From assembly GCA_029262175.1 (NCBI GenBank), contig JAJCZV010000072.1:152537-216536 (forward strand): 64,000 bases of DNA, given 5' to 3'. This document shows, in pieces, positions 9,575 to 20,643 of this stretch. This stretch comes from Gemmatimonadota bacterium (GTDB lineage: Bacteria > Gemmatimonadota > Gemmatimonadetes > Palauibacterales > Palauibacteraceae). Made by a program: the position numbers and the translations under genes. The notes under the pieces are model-generated. The model was not told where the DNA came from and made no database searches. It worked only from the letters and a program-made list of their open reading frames with translations. How positions within the stretch are numbered: position 1 is the first letter of the stretch; each line of letters begins with the position of its first letter.

Positions 9575-10720
9575 CTAAGCGGCGGCTACGTATTCGGCCA
9601 GCCACCGCCGCTCTAGGCGCGCGATCATCCGCGCCAAGTTGGCCGGCGGCGTGAGTTCCTCTCCACGGACCGCCTCCGTGAACTCGACGCCGTATCCAGC
9701 GCCGGCACGACGTCGAATTGCCGCAGCCAACGTCGCGCATTCATCATCGAGGTGAAGCCGAACTTCGATGGCGGTCCCGATCGGGATCTCCTCGGGCCAA
9801 TCTCCACGCGGATGTAGCAGTGCACCGCTGAGACTGACGTCGAGCGGGGCCGCCTCGAGCACCATCGGTCCATGTCGAATCGTCGCCCGAACGCCGTCGT
9901 CCATCACGAGGGGAATGCGGAAACCGCGCCGCCGGTTCGCCGGATTGACGGAGCTACTGCGCAAGAAGTCGAACAGGGCCCCGACGCCGCGAATGTCGAA
10001 GTTGATTTGCACCTCGGGCTGCGAGGCGCTGTGAAAGCACAACGTGTCTTCGGAGTCTCTAACGATCACATCGCCGATCGCGATGCTCCCTGGGAGGGCT
10101 CCGCTCAAGCCGGTATCGGAGGCGAACGCATCTCCGGCCGCGCCCGTCGGTTCGACACAGGTCGAATCGATCGGCTCGAGCCTCGCCGAGACGCGGGCGG
10201 CCAGCCATAGACGCTCGAGCTTGGCCATCAATCGGGCCAAGTCCGGAACCGGATCGACTTCCCCGGCGCGCAACGAGTCGAGGAAGTGCACGCCCACGCC
10301 CTCCAGGGCTTCCCGGCGCACGGACGATCTCAGCGTCACGCAGTCGTCGCCCAATCGGAGCGTGATGGTGATCACATCGCCCACCGTGAGCGGCAACCGA
10401 TCGCCTTCTCTCGGCTCCAACAGGATGCCGGTGAAGCTCACGTCGCCCGTGGTCGCTCCATGGGTCACACCGGCGATGCTCACCTCCACCTCGAGACCCG
10501 CCCCCGGCTCGACGGGAATCCGAAACGATCGACGGCGGTTGAAACGATTGACCGTGCAGCTGCGCAGGAAGTCCATCAACTTGCCCACGCCCGCGAGGTC
10601 GAGGCTCAGAGCCACGGTGTGAGACGGATGCCTCAGTGTGATTCCGGCATGGTCGGCCGAAACGCGAACTCCCCCGACTTCCAAATGCTCAACGAGAAAG
10701 GCGCCCCCGAGGTCCGTCAT
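9575..10720 (-). CDS. tandem PilZ-domain protein (putative c-di-GMP receptor)
   Basis: 381 aa; two copies of the PilZ signature RxxxR…D/NxSxxG: NRRRSFRIP…DVSFTGILL and NRRRGFRIP…DVSLSGALL. Confidence 0.7.
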   Translation of the reverse strand: MTDLGGAFLVEHLEVGGVRVSADHAGITLRHPSHTVALSLDLAGVGKLMDFLRSCTVNRFNRRRSFRIPVEPGAGLEVEVSIAGVTHGATTGDVSFTGILLEPREGDRLPLTVGDVITITLRLGDDCVTLRSSVRREALEGVGVHFLDSLRAGEVDPVPDLARLMAKLERLWLAARVSARLEPIDSTCVEPTGAAGDAFASDTGLSGALPGSIAIGDVIVRDSEDTLCFHSASQPEVQINFDIRGVGALFDFLRSSSVNPANRRRGFRIPLVMDDGVRATIRHGPMVLEAAPLDVSLSGALLHPRGDWPEEIPIGTAIEVRLHLDDECATLAAAIRRRAGAGYGVEFTEAVRGEELTPPANLARMIARLERRWLAEYVAAA

Positions 10721-10836
10721 TTTCGTACTCGCTCCCTTTCGGCGGTGTATCGGCTCCGAGGGATGAGTGTCGGCCAGTCGGGGGCGGCTCTTAACCCGCC
10801 GGCGGTTCCGGCACCGCTGGGGGTGCTTAGCGCCCC

Positions 10837-11397
10837 TTAGAGACGGAGTTCGAAGCCGACCGTACTCGTGAGGGCGCCCTCCCAGCCGTCTTTCACGACA
10901 TCCACCGATAACGGGTCGAACGCATCTCCGGGGAAGTAGAACAAGTTGATGCCGCCTCCGATCCGGAACGCTCCACCATCGAAGGGCACACGAAACCCGA
11001 GCATGGCGGGAAACGACACCGTCGCGAAGCGATCGATTTCTTCTCCCGTGAAGACGTGGCCTGCGACTCCGATCGTGCCGATCAATTGGACGTTGTCGGA
11101 GATTCTGGCGAGCGAAGGGCGGTAGGTGGCTTGCAGGGAGAACAGCGCCATGTTCGAGCCGTCCGCATCGCTATCCGGCTCGGCCGAAACTTTGATCCCG
11201 GCCATCGGAGCGATCGAGAGGACTCCCCGCTCGGGGTCCCCGGCCACGGTGAAGTCCCAGCCACCTCGGATGAAGCCCGGCCCGCTGAGTTTGTGGATCC
11301 AATCGATAAAGGGACCCATCTGTGCCTGAAGCCCACCAGCGCCTGTCAAAAACACGACGGCTGCCACCAATGCGGCTCGATAAAGACGACTCATCAC
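10837..11397 (-). CDS. small outer-membrane beta-barrel-like hypothetical protein
   Basis: 186 aa; signal peptide (MMSRLYRAALVAAVVFLTGAGGLQAQ), alternating hydrophobic pattern, C-terminus …GFELRL. Confidence 0.5.
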   Translation of the reverse strand: MMSRLYRAALVAAVVFLTGAGGLQAQMGPFIDWIHKLSGPGFIRGGWDFTVAGDPERGVLSIAPMAGIKVSAEPDSDADGSNMALFSLQATYRPSLARISDNVQLIGTIGVAGHVFTGEEIDRFATVSFPAMLGFRVPFDGGAFRIGGGINLFYFPGDAFDPLSVDVVKDGWEGALTSTVGFELRL

Positions 11398-11404
11398 CCC
11401 CCCT

Positions 11405-13201
<1,797 letters not shown>

Positions 13202-13319
13202 GCTTCTACATCCGGGCCTTCGTACGGGGAAGCGTCAAGATAGCGAGGGGAGCCCGTTTGCCAATCGCGGTCGGCGCAGGACCTGACGATCGGAGCCTGA
13301 CGTGTGAGATTGATTCCTC

Positions 13320-14348
13320 ATGAGCCACCACCTGGGTCACGGACACGAGGATGGTCACGGCAAAGTCCGCGGGGGCGCCGCACGCGCAGGCATCCGACGG
13401 CGGCTTTGGTGGGCCCTCGGCCTCGTGGTGCTCTACATGGGTGCCGAGGTGGTGGGCGGCCTGCTGAGCGGATCGCTGGCGCTGCTTGCCGACGCCGGCC
13501 ACATGCTTTCGGATGCGGGCTCGCTCGGACTGGCCTTGTTCGCCATGTGGTTCGCAACCCGTGCCGCCCCCGCGCACCGGAGCTACGGGTATCACCGAGC
13601 GGAGATCCTGACCGCACTCGTGCACGGCGGCACCCTACTCGCCGTTTCGGTTCTGATCTTGGTCGAGGCGTGGCAACGCTTTCGGGCGCCGCCAGAGGTG
13701 GAGGCCGGCATACTGATCGCGGTCGCGGGCGGGGGCCTGTTGGTCAACGTCGTCGGTCTTTGGCTTCTGCACGGTGGCCGGGAGCATAGCCTCAACGTCC
13801 GGGGAGCTTGGCTACACGTCTTGACCGATGCGCTAGGAAGCGTGCAGGCGATCGTAGCGGGCGCAGTCATCCTGGCGTTTGGATGGACCTTGGCGGATCC
13901 GATCGCTTCCGTGGTGATTGCCCTGTTGGTCGCGTTTTCCGCTTGGCGCCTGACCCGCGAAGCCGTCTCGGTCCTCATGGAGGGAGTCCCCCCGCATCTC
14001 GACATCGATGGGGTCCGCGAAGCCCTGCTCGGCGTCGACGGTGTGGATGGCGTACATGACCTGCACGTTTGGACGATCACGTCCGGGTTCGTCGCGCTCT
14101 CCGTCCACGTGACATCAAAGAGCGACAGACACTCGGACTTGCTGGGGCGCCTCAGCCGCGAACTCGAGCATGAATTCGGGATTCACCACACCACGATTCA
14201 GGTCGAGTCCCCCGGTTTCGACGAGTGTGGCGCCCCCTGCCCTCCCGCCCCGGCGGACGCGGCTTCCCATGGGAGCGGGCCGGGTCCGCTCGACCCGTTG
14301 AAAATCCGAACCCCCCCAGCCAGCTTCGATGGACCGGCGTCCGCCTAG
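13320..14348 (+). CDS. cation diffusion facilitator (CDF) family divalent metal efflux transporter (CzcD/ZitB-like)
   Basis: 342 aa; His-rich N-terminus (MSHHLGHGHEDGHG), six TM helices, CDF motifs (LLADAGHMLSD, HVLTDALGSV), C-terminal cytoplasmic domain. Confidence 0.8.
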   Translation: MSHHLGHGHEDGHGKVRGGAARAGIRRRLWWALGLVVLYMGAEVVGGLLSGSLALLADAGHMLSDAGSLGLALFAMWFATRAAPAHRSYGYHRAEILTALVHGGTLLAVSVLILVEAWQRFRAPPEVEAGILIAVAGGGLLVNVVGLWLLHGGREHSLNVRGAWLHVLTDALGSVQAIVAGAVILAFGWTLADPIASVVIALLVAFSAWRLTREAVSVLMEGVPPHLDIDGVREALLGVDGVDGVHDLHVWTITSGFVALSVHVTSKSDRHSDLLGRLSRELEHEFGIHHTTIQVESPGFDECGAPCPPAPADAASHGSGPGPLDPLKIRTPPASFDGPASA

Positions 14349-15285
14349 CCCAGAAACCACGGAGAGCGGCTTGAACGACAACGATCCATGGCCCATCAAA
14401 CAGAGGGAGTTCCACAACCACCACTTCGACTCGACGATCTGGAACGACTTGAAGTTCCGGGATGACGACATCGTGATCGGCACCTACGCCAAGGCAGGCA
14501 CCACCTGGACGCAACAGATGATTGCTCAGATGATGTTCGGGGGCGATCCCGACCTCGCGGTCGCTGAGATGTCGCCGTGGGTCGATCTTCGAGTGCCTCC
14601 CAAGGACGTGAAGCTCCCCATCATCGAAGCTCAAACGCATCGCCGGTTTCTCAAAACACATTTGCCGGTCGATGCACTCTACTTCTCCCCGAAGGCCAAG
14701 TATGTTTACATCGGTCGAGACGGCCGCGACGTCGTGTGGAGCATGTACAACCACCATGTCAACGCGAACCAAGTGTGGTATGAAGCGCTAAACGACACAC
14801 CTGGTCGCGTGGGGCCGCCGATCGAGCCGCCGCCCGATGACGTCCGTCAATATTGGCGCGATTGGATGGATCGGGACGGGCACCCGTTTTGGCCGTTCTG
14901 GGAGAACATCCGCACCTGGTGGGAGATCCGAGACCTACCCAACGTGGCGTTGATCCACTTCGCCGATCTGAAGCGAGACATGCCCGCTGAGATGCGTCGA
15001 CTCGCCCACTTTCTCGGTATCGAGATCGACGAGTCGCGCTGGGACGCGATGGTCGAGTATTGCACGTTCGATTGGATGAAGGCGAACGCGAGCAAGAGCG
15101 TGCCGCTGGGGGGAGCCTTTTGGGATGCCGGCGCCCAGGTCTTCATCAACAAGGGCGTAAACGGACGATGGAGCGAGGCCCTTGGCGCGGAGGAGGTAGC
15201 GGAGTACGAGTCGAAAGCGGTCGCCGAACTGGGCACGGAGTGCGCGGACTGGCTGTCCAACGGACGGCGCGAGGACCGAACCTAG
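14329..15285 (+). CDS. PAPS-dependent sulfotransferase (Sulfotransfer_1-like, cytosolic type)
   Basis: 318 aa; 5'-PSB motif TYAKAGTTW and 3'-PB motif RDGRDVVWSMYNH; overlaps upstream CDF gene by 20 nt in another frame. Confidence 0.7.
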   Translation: MDRRPPSPETTESGLNDNDPWPIKQREFHNHHFDSTIWNDLKFRDDDIVIGTYAKAGTTWTQQMIAQMMFGGDPDLAVAEMSPWVDLRVPPKDVKLPIIEAQTHRRFLKTHLPVDALYFSPKAKYVYIGRDGRDVVWSMYNHHVNANQVWYEALNDTPGRVGPPIEPPPDDVRQYWRDWMDRDGHPFWPFWENIRTWWEIRDLPNVALIHFADLKRDMPAEMRRLAHFLGIEIDESRWDAMVEYCTFDWMKANASKSVPLGGAFWDAGAQVFINKGVNGRWSEALGAEEVAEYESKAVAELGTECADWLSNGRREDRT

Positions 15286-15311
15286 AAACAAGGCCCCCGT
15301 GCCCGCAGCCG

Positions 15312-15932
15312 TTATCGGTCGCCCTGCTCCGGCTCGACGCGCCACCACCATTGAGTCGGAAGCACCCGGTCTCGCGGCCAGACCTCCATCAGCGTCGCCG
15401 CCTCGTAAAGCCGACCGTTCTTCATCACGTGAGAGATCGACGTTGTATGCCTCAGGTCCTCGAGCGGGTTTTCATCGCCGACCTGCAGGTCGGCGAGCTT
15501 TCCGACTTCGAGCGAGCCGATGTCCCCGGACAGCCCGATCGCATCGGCACTGTGGATGGTGGCGGTCCGGAGGGCGTCGTGGTTGGTCATCCCGCCCGAG
15601 GCCATCATCCAAAGCTCCCAATGCGTGCCCAGGCCCTGAACCTCGCCGTGTGAACCCAAACCGGCCCGCCCCCCTGCCTCCACCCACTTCTTCAGCTGCT
15701 CCGCATGGAGAAAATGGACGTACTGATCGTCTCTATAGAACCGAGTGTCTTTCCACTTGTCGAGTTCGTCATGCGGCGTGAAGGTCTTGAGTCGAGTCTC
15801 TTGATCCACATCGACGTGGGTCAGGTAGTATTGGAGGCCGGACGGGCCGCCATACGTTCGGTGACCTCCGAGAAGGTCTGCCGAAGATACATGGCTCGTC
15901 GCGTCAGAACCCGAACGTATGAGAGTACTTCA
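15312..15932 (-). pseudogene. amidohydrolase-family gene remnant (C-terminal ~200 codons only; N-terminal metal-binding half missing)
   Basis: Frame encodes ...HGEVQGLGTHWELWMMASGGMTNHDALRTATIHSADAIGLSGDIGSLEVGKLADLQVGDENPLEDL...HVMKNGRLY = classic amidohydrolase C-terminus; my upstream translation hits a stop near 15930 and the frame's first start codon is GTG at 15809; the upstream space is occupied by the 3' end of the 1040-aa gene. Confidence 0.5.
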
Positions 15933-18900
15933 ACAACAGGGTCCGGCCGGCCGAGAGCGGCAGTCGAGGGTCGAGGCCGTTGTCTCGTTCGAGATTGAAC
16001 CCCTCGTTATAGACGATCCAGAGATCGGTGCCCTCGCGGAAGTGGTACCGAAGCCGTGCGTTCACGCTGGTTTGGTCGATGACGGAGTTGTACTGACCAA
16101 ACGTGCTCAGCGAGAGGTGGGTGTTGAGCGCGAAGTCCAGTCGCAAACTCGCCAGCTGGGTCGTCAGATCCTCTCCGTCAAACTCGAAACGATTGATCGA
16201 GTAACTCGGACGCAGCTCGAGGTGACTCGAGAGGTTGAAGGCCGGCGTGAAGCTGGTACCGACGCGTCGTCCATCGTAGAAGCTGCCGGCGGACCCCGAG
16301 ATCTGGCCACGCACCGGCAGGCTTCGGGGAAGCCTCCACGTGAGGCCCGCCTCGTGAAACCAGTACTCGTTCGGTTCGATGGTGAGTCCGGCGACCTGGA
16401 ACGTGTCTCGAACGCTTTCGAAGCTCGAGGTGGACGAGAAGATAAAAAAGCCACCGTTCTTGAGCCCGACCAGAAACTCCGGGTTGATCGACCTCGATTC
16501 GGGCGTCTGGTCCCCGTTCCGGTAGTAGTGGCCGGTGTCGAGCCCGAGCGAGACAGTCCTCAAACTGGAGTTTTCTCCAAGGAACCACGCATAGGCGAGT
16601 TCGCCGCCGTAGAAGCTAAAATCTTTTCGGGATTGGAAGCCGAGTCGCGGCAGATAGTCGGGACCGACACGGCCGTACTCTCCCGCATACGAGAAGCCCT
16701 CTTGTTTCCTACGCTCCCACTTCGCACGGATGAGTCCGGCGTCGAGCGGACTGCCTTCTTCGACCACTTCGTCGAACGTTTGCGCCCACTTGACGGTGAC
16801 GTACTCGTCGCCGAACGGGCGGACGGTCGCGTCGAGCCCGTAGGCGACATTGTTCTCACCCGTGTCTCCCAGACGCGTGGTCACCATCGCACCGACCGAA
16901 GAGAAGGGGTTGAGGATCTGCTGACTGAGCCGAGCCACGCTCATGTTCTCGCCTGGTCGGTCGCCCTGGGCCGCCGTCTGCATGCTGAGCAGACCATAGT
17001 CCAAACCTCCGATCTGCCCGACAAAGCGAGCTCCTCCATAAATGCGCGTCAGCTCACCGCCGGTTAGACCGATCCGTCGACTAAAGAAGAGCCGATCCGT
17101 GAACCCGCCCGTCCCGAAGTCGAACGTCGAAGAGCGAGCCTGGAAAAACTGACGCTTCTCAGGAAAGAAAAGAGGAAAACGCGTGAGGTTGATCTGTTGA
17201 TCGTCGGCTTCGACCTGCGCGAAGTCGGTGTTGACCGTCAGGTCGATGGCCAGGCCGGACGAAGGAGACCATTTGACGTCGAGTCCGGGCTCTTGCGTGT
17301 ACTCGTCTTCTACGACGAACCCGGCGGCCGCGACTTCGGGCGGCGAGTGAAGGACGGGGACCTGCGACAGACCTCCGAGCAAGTAAGGGGTGACGTAGAT
17401 GGGCGCCGAACGCTGCACACCCCGCAACCGCACCCGCTGCGCGAGCGAAGGTTTGCCAAACCCGAAGAAGCCCCAGGCAGGCGAAACGTCGGGAAAGACA
17501 TGGCGCTCGTTCTTGCGACCGATGGAGCGGTACACGCTCATCCCCATCACGACCGCGTCGTCGGTCGTTTGGAACCCGAGCGACGAGAACGGAATCCTCA
17601 TCTCGGCGAACCAGCCTTCGGCGGTCGTCCGCGTCGCCAGATCCCAGTGAGCGTTCCAATCGCGATTGAACGTCGGCTGTCCCAAGGTAAACTGTGCGTC
17701 GTTGGCGATGCTCCGATCCGAACGTGCTCCGTTCGGATTCGCAGAGAAGGCCAGACCCGTCTCGTAGTCGTTGTAGCTATCGAGCACGATCGAGAACTCG
17801 TCGTCGCCGCTCGAAGCGTCGCGATAAAACGTGTTCGCTTCTATGCCGCCCGGATCCGAGTCGAACATGCTCCCGGCGACATAGAGGTACTCATCATCAT
17901 AGCCGACCCGGAACTCGCTCCGCTCGGTAGGATCTTGGCCATAGGTCGGCGAGTACACGCTGATCGGGTACGGCTCGATGCCGGCCCACGCGCCCTCATC
18001 GATGACGCCGTCGAGACGGATGCGACCGGAGATCCGTGGCAGGTCGATCGGTATCCGTCGTTGAGCAAGGTCCGGCGTACCCGACGCGGCGGCCGTCTCG
18101 ACCACCGGGTCCTGGACCACGTTTGTCGTGACGTCCGGCCTGGGAGCTTTCTCCGGGTCGGCTGCGGGCGGCGCGTAAGCCGTAGCCACGCGGGCCCAGG
18201 GTATGGCCCGCAGCGGCCAGGGCTCGATCAGCCCCGCAAGCCGAGACAAGAACAACACGAGACGGGGCGCCGGAAGCACGACTCCCCTGGCGTCGAATCG
18301 ATCCGCGCGCGACTCCGTGGCGATACGGGTTTCCGTGACCAGTCGACCGGACCCGGGGACGACCCAGGCGTCGGAGTATCCCGAGCGTTGCACGGCTACG
18401 AGCGCCGGGTCCGCTCGGCCCCGGGTCGGAAAGTCACCGACATGAATCTTGAACCAGGGTCCGGACTCGATCACCCGGACCGGGTACTCGCCCCCCAGGG
18501 TCTCAACCAGTGCCTGTGCGTGCTCCACGACCTCGATCGAGTCCGCCGAGGCAAACGCTTGCACCGTGAGGCGCGCGATCGACGGGGCGCCATCCTTCGC
18601 CGCGGGCTCCGCCGCTGATCTCGACCCGGGGCCCACTCGAGCGGGCGCGCGCGTGACCCAGGCATCGTCGTACCCGGCCCGTCGCAACTCCAGCAGTCCC
18701 GGCCGAGCCGCAGCCGACGAGCGGTACTCGCCTACCTGGAGCTTGAACCATCCATCCGACCTCACGATGCGGACCTCGTAGGCGTCGCCGAGGCGCTCGG
18801 ACAACGCGCGGGCCTGCACAGCTACTGCGACCGAGTCCGTCGATGCGAAGGCTTGAATCGCGTAGGTGTCGGATTGCCCGTTGGCGGGTGTCGCGAAGAA

Positions 18901-19026
18901 TACGGTGCAAAAACCGGTCAAGACGAGAAGACGGATCGCCACGAACGGCCGCGCGCCACGCGACGGCCGAACGCCATCAAACGCGAGCTTGCTTCGGCCC
19001 TTGTGACCTTCGTCCGTCGTATTCAA
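15904..19026 (-). CDS. outer-membrane-associated protein: signal peptide + two SPOR (septal peptidoglycan-binding) domains + CBM9-like/DUF5916 domain
   Basis: 1040 aa; signal (FVAIRLLVLTGFCTVFFATPANGQ); two SPOR-like repeats (YAIQAFASTDSVAVAVQARALSERLGDAYEVRIVRSDGWFKLQVGEY...; LTVQAFASADSIEVVEHAQALVETLGGEYPVRVIESGPWFKIHVGDF...); then CBM9-like (RLDGVIDEGAWAGIEPYP) and long DUF5916-like region ending ...LLLKYSHTFGF (C-terminal Phe). Confidence 0.7.
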   Translation of the reverse strand: MNTTDEGHKGRSKLAFDGVRPSRGARPFVAIRLLVLTGFCTVFFATPANGQSDTYAIQAFASTDSVAVAVQARALSERLGDAYEVRIVRSDGWFKLQVGEYRSSAAARPGLLELRRAGYDDAWVTRAPARVGPGSRSAAEPAAKDGAPSIARLTVQAFASADSIEVVEHAQALVETLGGEYPVRVIESGPWFKIHVGDFPTRGRADPALVAVQRSGYSDAWVVPGSGRLVTETRIATESRADRFDARGVVLPAPRLVLFLSRLAGLIEPWPLRAIPWARVATAYAPPAADPEKAPRPDVTTNVVQDPVVETAAASGTPDLAQRRIPIDLPRISGRIRLDGVIDEGAWAGIEPYPISVYSPTYGQDPTERSEFRVGYDDEYLYVAGSMFDSDPGGIEANTFYRDASSGDDEFSIVLDSYNDYETGLAFSANPNGARSDRSIANDAQFTLGQPTFNRDWNAHWDLATRTTAEGWFAEMRIPFSSLGFQTTDDAVVMGMSVYRSIGRKNERHVFPDVSPAWGFFGFGKPSLAQRVRLRGVQRSAPIYVTPYLLGGLSQVPVLHSPPEVAAAGFVVEDEYTQEPGLDVKWSPSSGLAIDLTVNTDFAQVEADDQQINLTRFPLFFPEKRQFFQARSSTFDFGTGGFTDRLFFSRRIGLTGGELTRIYGGARFVGQIGGLDYGLLSMQTAAQGDRPGENMSVARLSQQILNPFSSVGAMVTTRLGDTGENNVAYGLDATVRPFGDEYVTVKWAQTFDEVVEEGSPLDAGLIRAKWERRKQEGFSYAGEYGRVGPDYLPRLGFQSRKDFSFYGGELAYAWFLGENSSLRTVSLGLDTGHYYRNGDQTPESRSINPEFLVGLKNGGFFIFSSTSSFESVRDTFQVAGLTIEPNEYWFHEAGLTWRLPRSLPVRGQISGSAGSFYDGRRVGTSFTPAFNLSSHLELRPSYSINRFEFDGEDLTTQLASLRLDFALNTHLSLSTFGQYNSVIDQTSVNARLRYHFREGTDLWIVYNEGFNLERDNGLDPRLPLSAGRTLLLKYSHTFGF

Positions 19027-19077
19027 CGCGCCTCTCGCAAATTACTCAACGCGCTTGACGTAAATCATTCAACGCGC
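19023..19077. repeat. three direct repeats of TCAACGCGC(C/T)T with 23-bp spacing in divergent intergenic region
   Basis: tTCAACGCGCctc.. / cTCAACGCGCttgacg / tTCAACGCGCttgtcg at 19023, 19046, 19069; first copy overlaps the start codon of the 15904-19026 gene. Confidence 0.55.
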
Positions 19078-19311
19078 TTGTCGCCAATTGGGGACGAGGA
19101 ATAGGGTGGACGATGCCTGAGCGCGCCAGGGGCCGCGAAAGCGTGCCCACCGGAAACGGTGGCGCCGCCTCTTGGCGTTCCAGGCTGCGGTGACGCAGAT
19201 TCGACCATGCTGGAGATCAGAGAGACCGAGAAAGCCGACCCTGTCGCGCGGAATGCCGCGCTGGCGGTCGTGGGGCCAAGCCGTCTTATCGGCCTTTGGC
19301 TCTGAACTGAT

Positions 19312-20643
19312 ATGGACATTGCCCGCATCCTTCCGTCTCTCTTCGGACTCGGCCTTCTGTTGCTGCTGTCAGGGTTCTTTTCGGGGTCGGAGACCGCCCT
19401 GTGCGCGCTCTCCCGAGCTCAGATCGGGCGGCTGCGAGGGGATACGAGGAAGAGCAGCCGCTTGATCGTCCGATTCGTCGATGATCCGCGGCGCCTCTTC
19501 ATCACGATCCTTCTGGGCAACACGCTCGTCAATATCTCCTTTGCCACGCTCACGGCGTCTTTGATCTACGGACTCTTCGGGGCCGGGCCCTCAGGGCCCG
19601 CGATCCTGGTGGCGACGCTCATCATCACGCTTGCCCTTCTCGTTTTTGGAGAGATCACGCCCAAGACGTTCGCCATTCGGCACGCGGAGCGGTTTGCTGG
19701 CGTCACGGCCCCGATCCTGTGGGGGTTCTCGATCCTGATCGCGCCGTTGCGCCGCGTGCTCCGCTTCGTGACCGACCTGTTGCTGCCTCTTTTCGGCGGC
19801 GTCCCGGTGATCACAGATGAGCGGATCACGTCCGAAGACCTGAAGGCCTTGATCGTGGCGCAAGGGCATGGAACGCTCGACCCCGATGAGCGCGCGACGA
19901 TCGACCGGATCCTGAATCTGCGGGAGATCGATGCGCACGAGATCATGGTGCCGCGCACCGAGTTGGTAGCCATGCGGAGCACGGCCACCGTCGGAGAAGT
20001 CCTCGAACGTGCCCGAGATGTAGGGTTCTCGCGGATTCCCATCTACCGTGACCGAGTCGATGACATCTTCGGCGTTTTCCGCGTCAAGGACTGGCTTGCG
20101 TGGGAAGGGCAAGGGCTGCGCGAGCTGAGCATTGATGAGTTTCTGACTCATCGCGGCGGCCTCGCCGAGCCGGCAGGACCGCCCCTGGTGCACGCCCCGT
20201 TCTTCAAACCAGAAATGTGTCGCGTCGCGGACCTGTTCGCTTCGTTCAAGGCGAGTGGGAGCAAGGTCGCTTTCCTCGTGGACGAGTTCGGCGGGATTTC
20301 CGGATCGGTCACGATCGAAGACCTCGTCGAGGAGGTGGTAGGCGAGATCGGCGATGAACACGATCTACCGGGTTTCGACGCGGACTTCACGCAGAGGCCA
20401 GACGATCCGTCCGTATACGATGTGCCGGGTCGGACCAGCCTCCGCCTGGTGAACCGCCGGCTGAACCTCGAGTTGGACGAGGATCTGGCGGAAACGATCG
20501 GCGGATTGATCGTCACGCGTCTCGGTCATATCCCGGTGGCTGGTGAGTCCATTGAAATGGATGGCGTGCGGTTTGAGGTGTCCTCCGCGGGGCGTCGCAA
20601 TGTGACGTCGGTCACCATCTTCTTGCCTTCGGCGCGCCCGTGA
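19312..20643 (+). CDS. CNNM/CorC-type (hemolysin-family) Mg2+/Co2+ transport protein: DUF21 TM domain + CBS pair + CorC_HlyC domain
   Basis: 443 aa; FFSGSETAL motif, four TM helices, CBS pair (IMVPRTELVAMRS...GFSRIPIY...), CorC_HlyC C-terminus. Confidence 0.8.
   Translation: MDIARILPSLFGLGLLLLLSGFFSGSETALCALSRAQIGRLRGDTRKSSRLIVRFVDDPRRLFITILLGNTLVNISFATLTASLIYGLFGAGPSGPAILVATLIITLALLVFGEITPKTFAIRHAERFAGVTAPILWGFSILIAPLRRVLRFVTDLLLPLFGGVPVITDERITSEDLKALIVAQGHGTLDPDERATIDRILNLREIDAHEIMVPRTELVAMRSTATVGEVLERARDVGFSRIPIYRDRVDDIFGVFRVKDWLAWEGQGLRELSIDEFLTHRGGLAEPAGPPLVHAPFFKPEMCRVADLFASFKASGSKVAFLVDEFGGISGSVTIEDLVEEVVGEIGDEHDLPGFDADFTQRPDDPSVYDVPGRTSLRLVNRRLNLELDEDLAETIGGLIVTRLGHIPVAGESIEMDGVRFEVSSAGRRNVTSVTIFLPSARP

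Noticed and set aside
17197-18618. 473-aa plus-strand ORF (and several 100-170-aa ORFs at 16164-18910)
   Set aside because: Antisense or out of frame within the SPOR-CBM9-DUF5916 gene; low-complexity Arg-rich translations.
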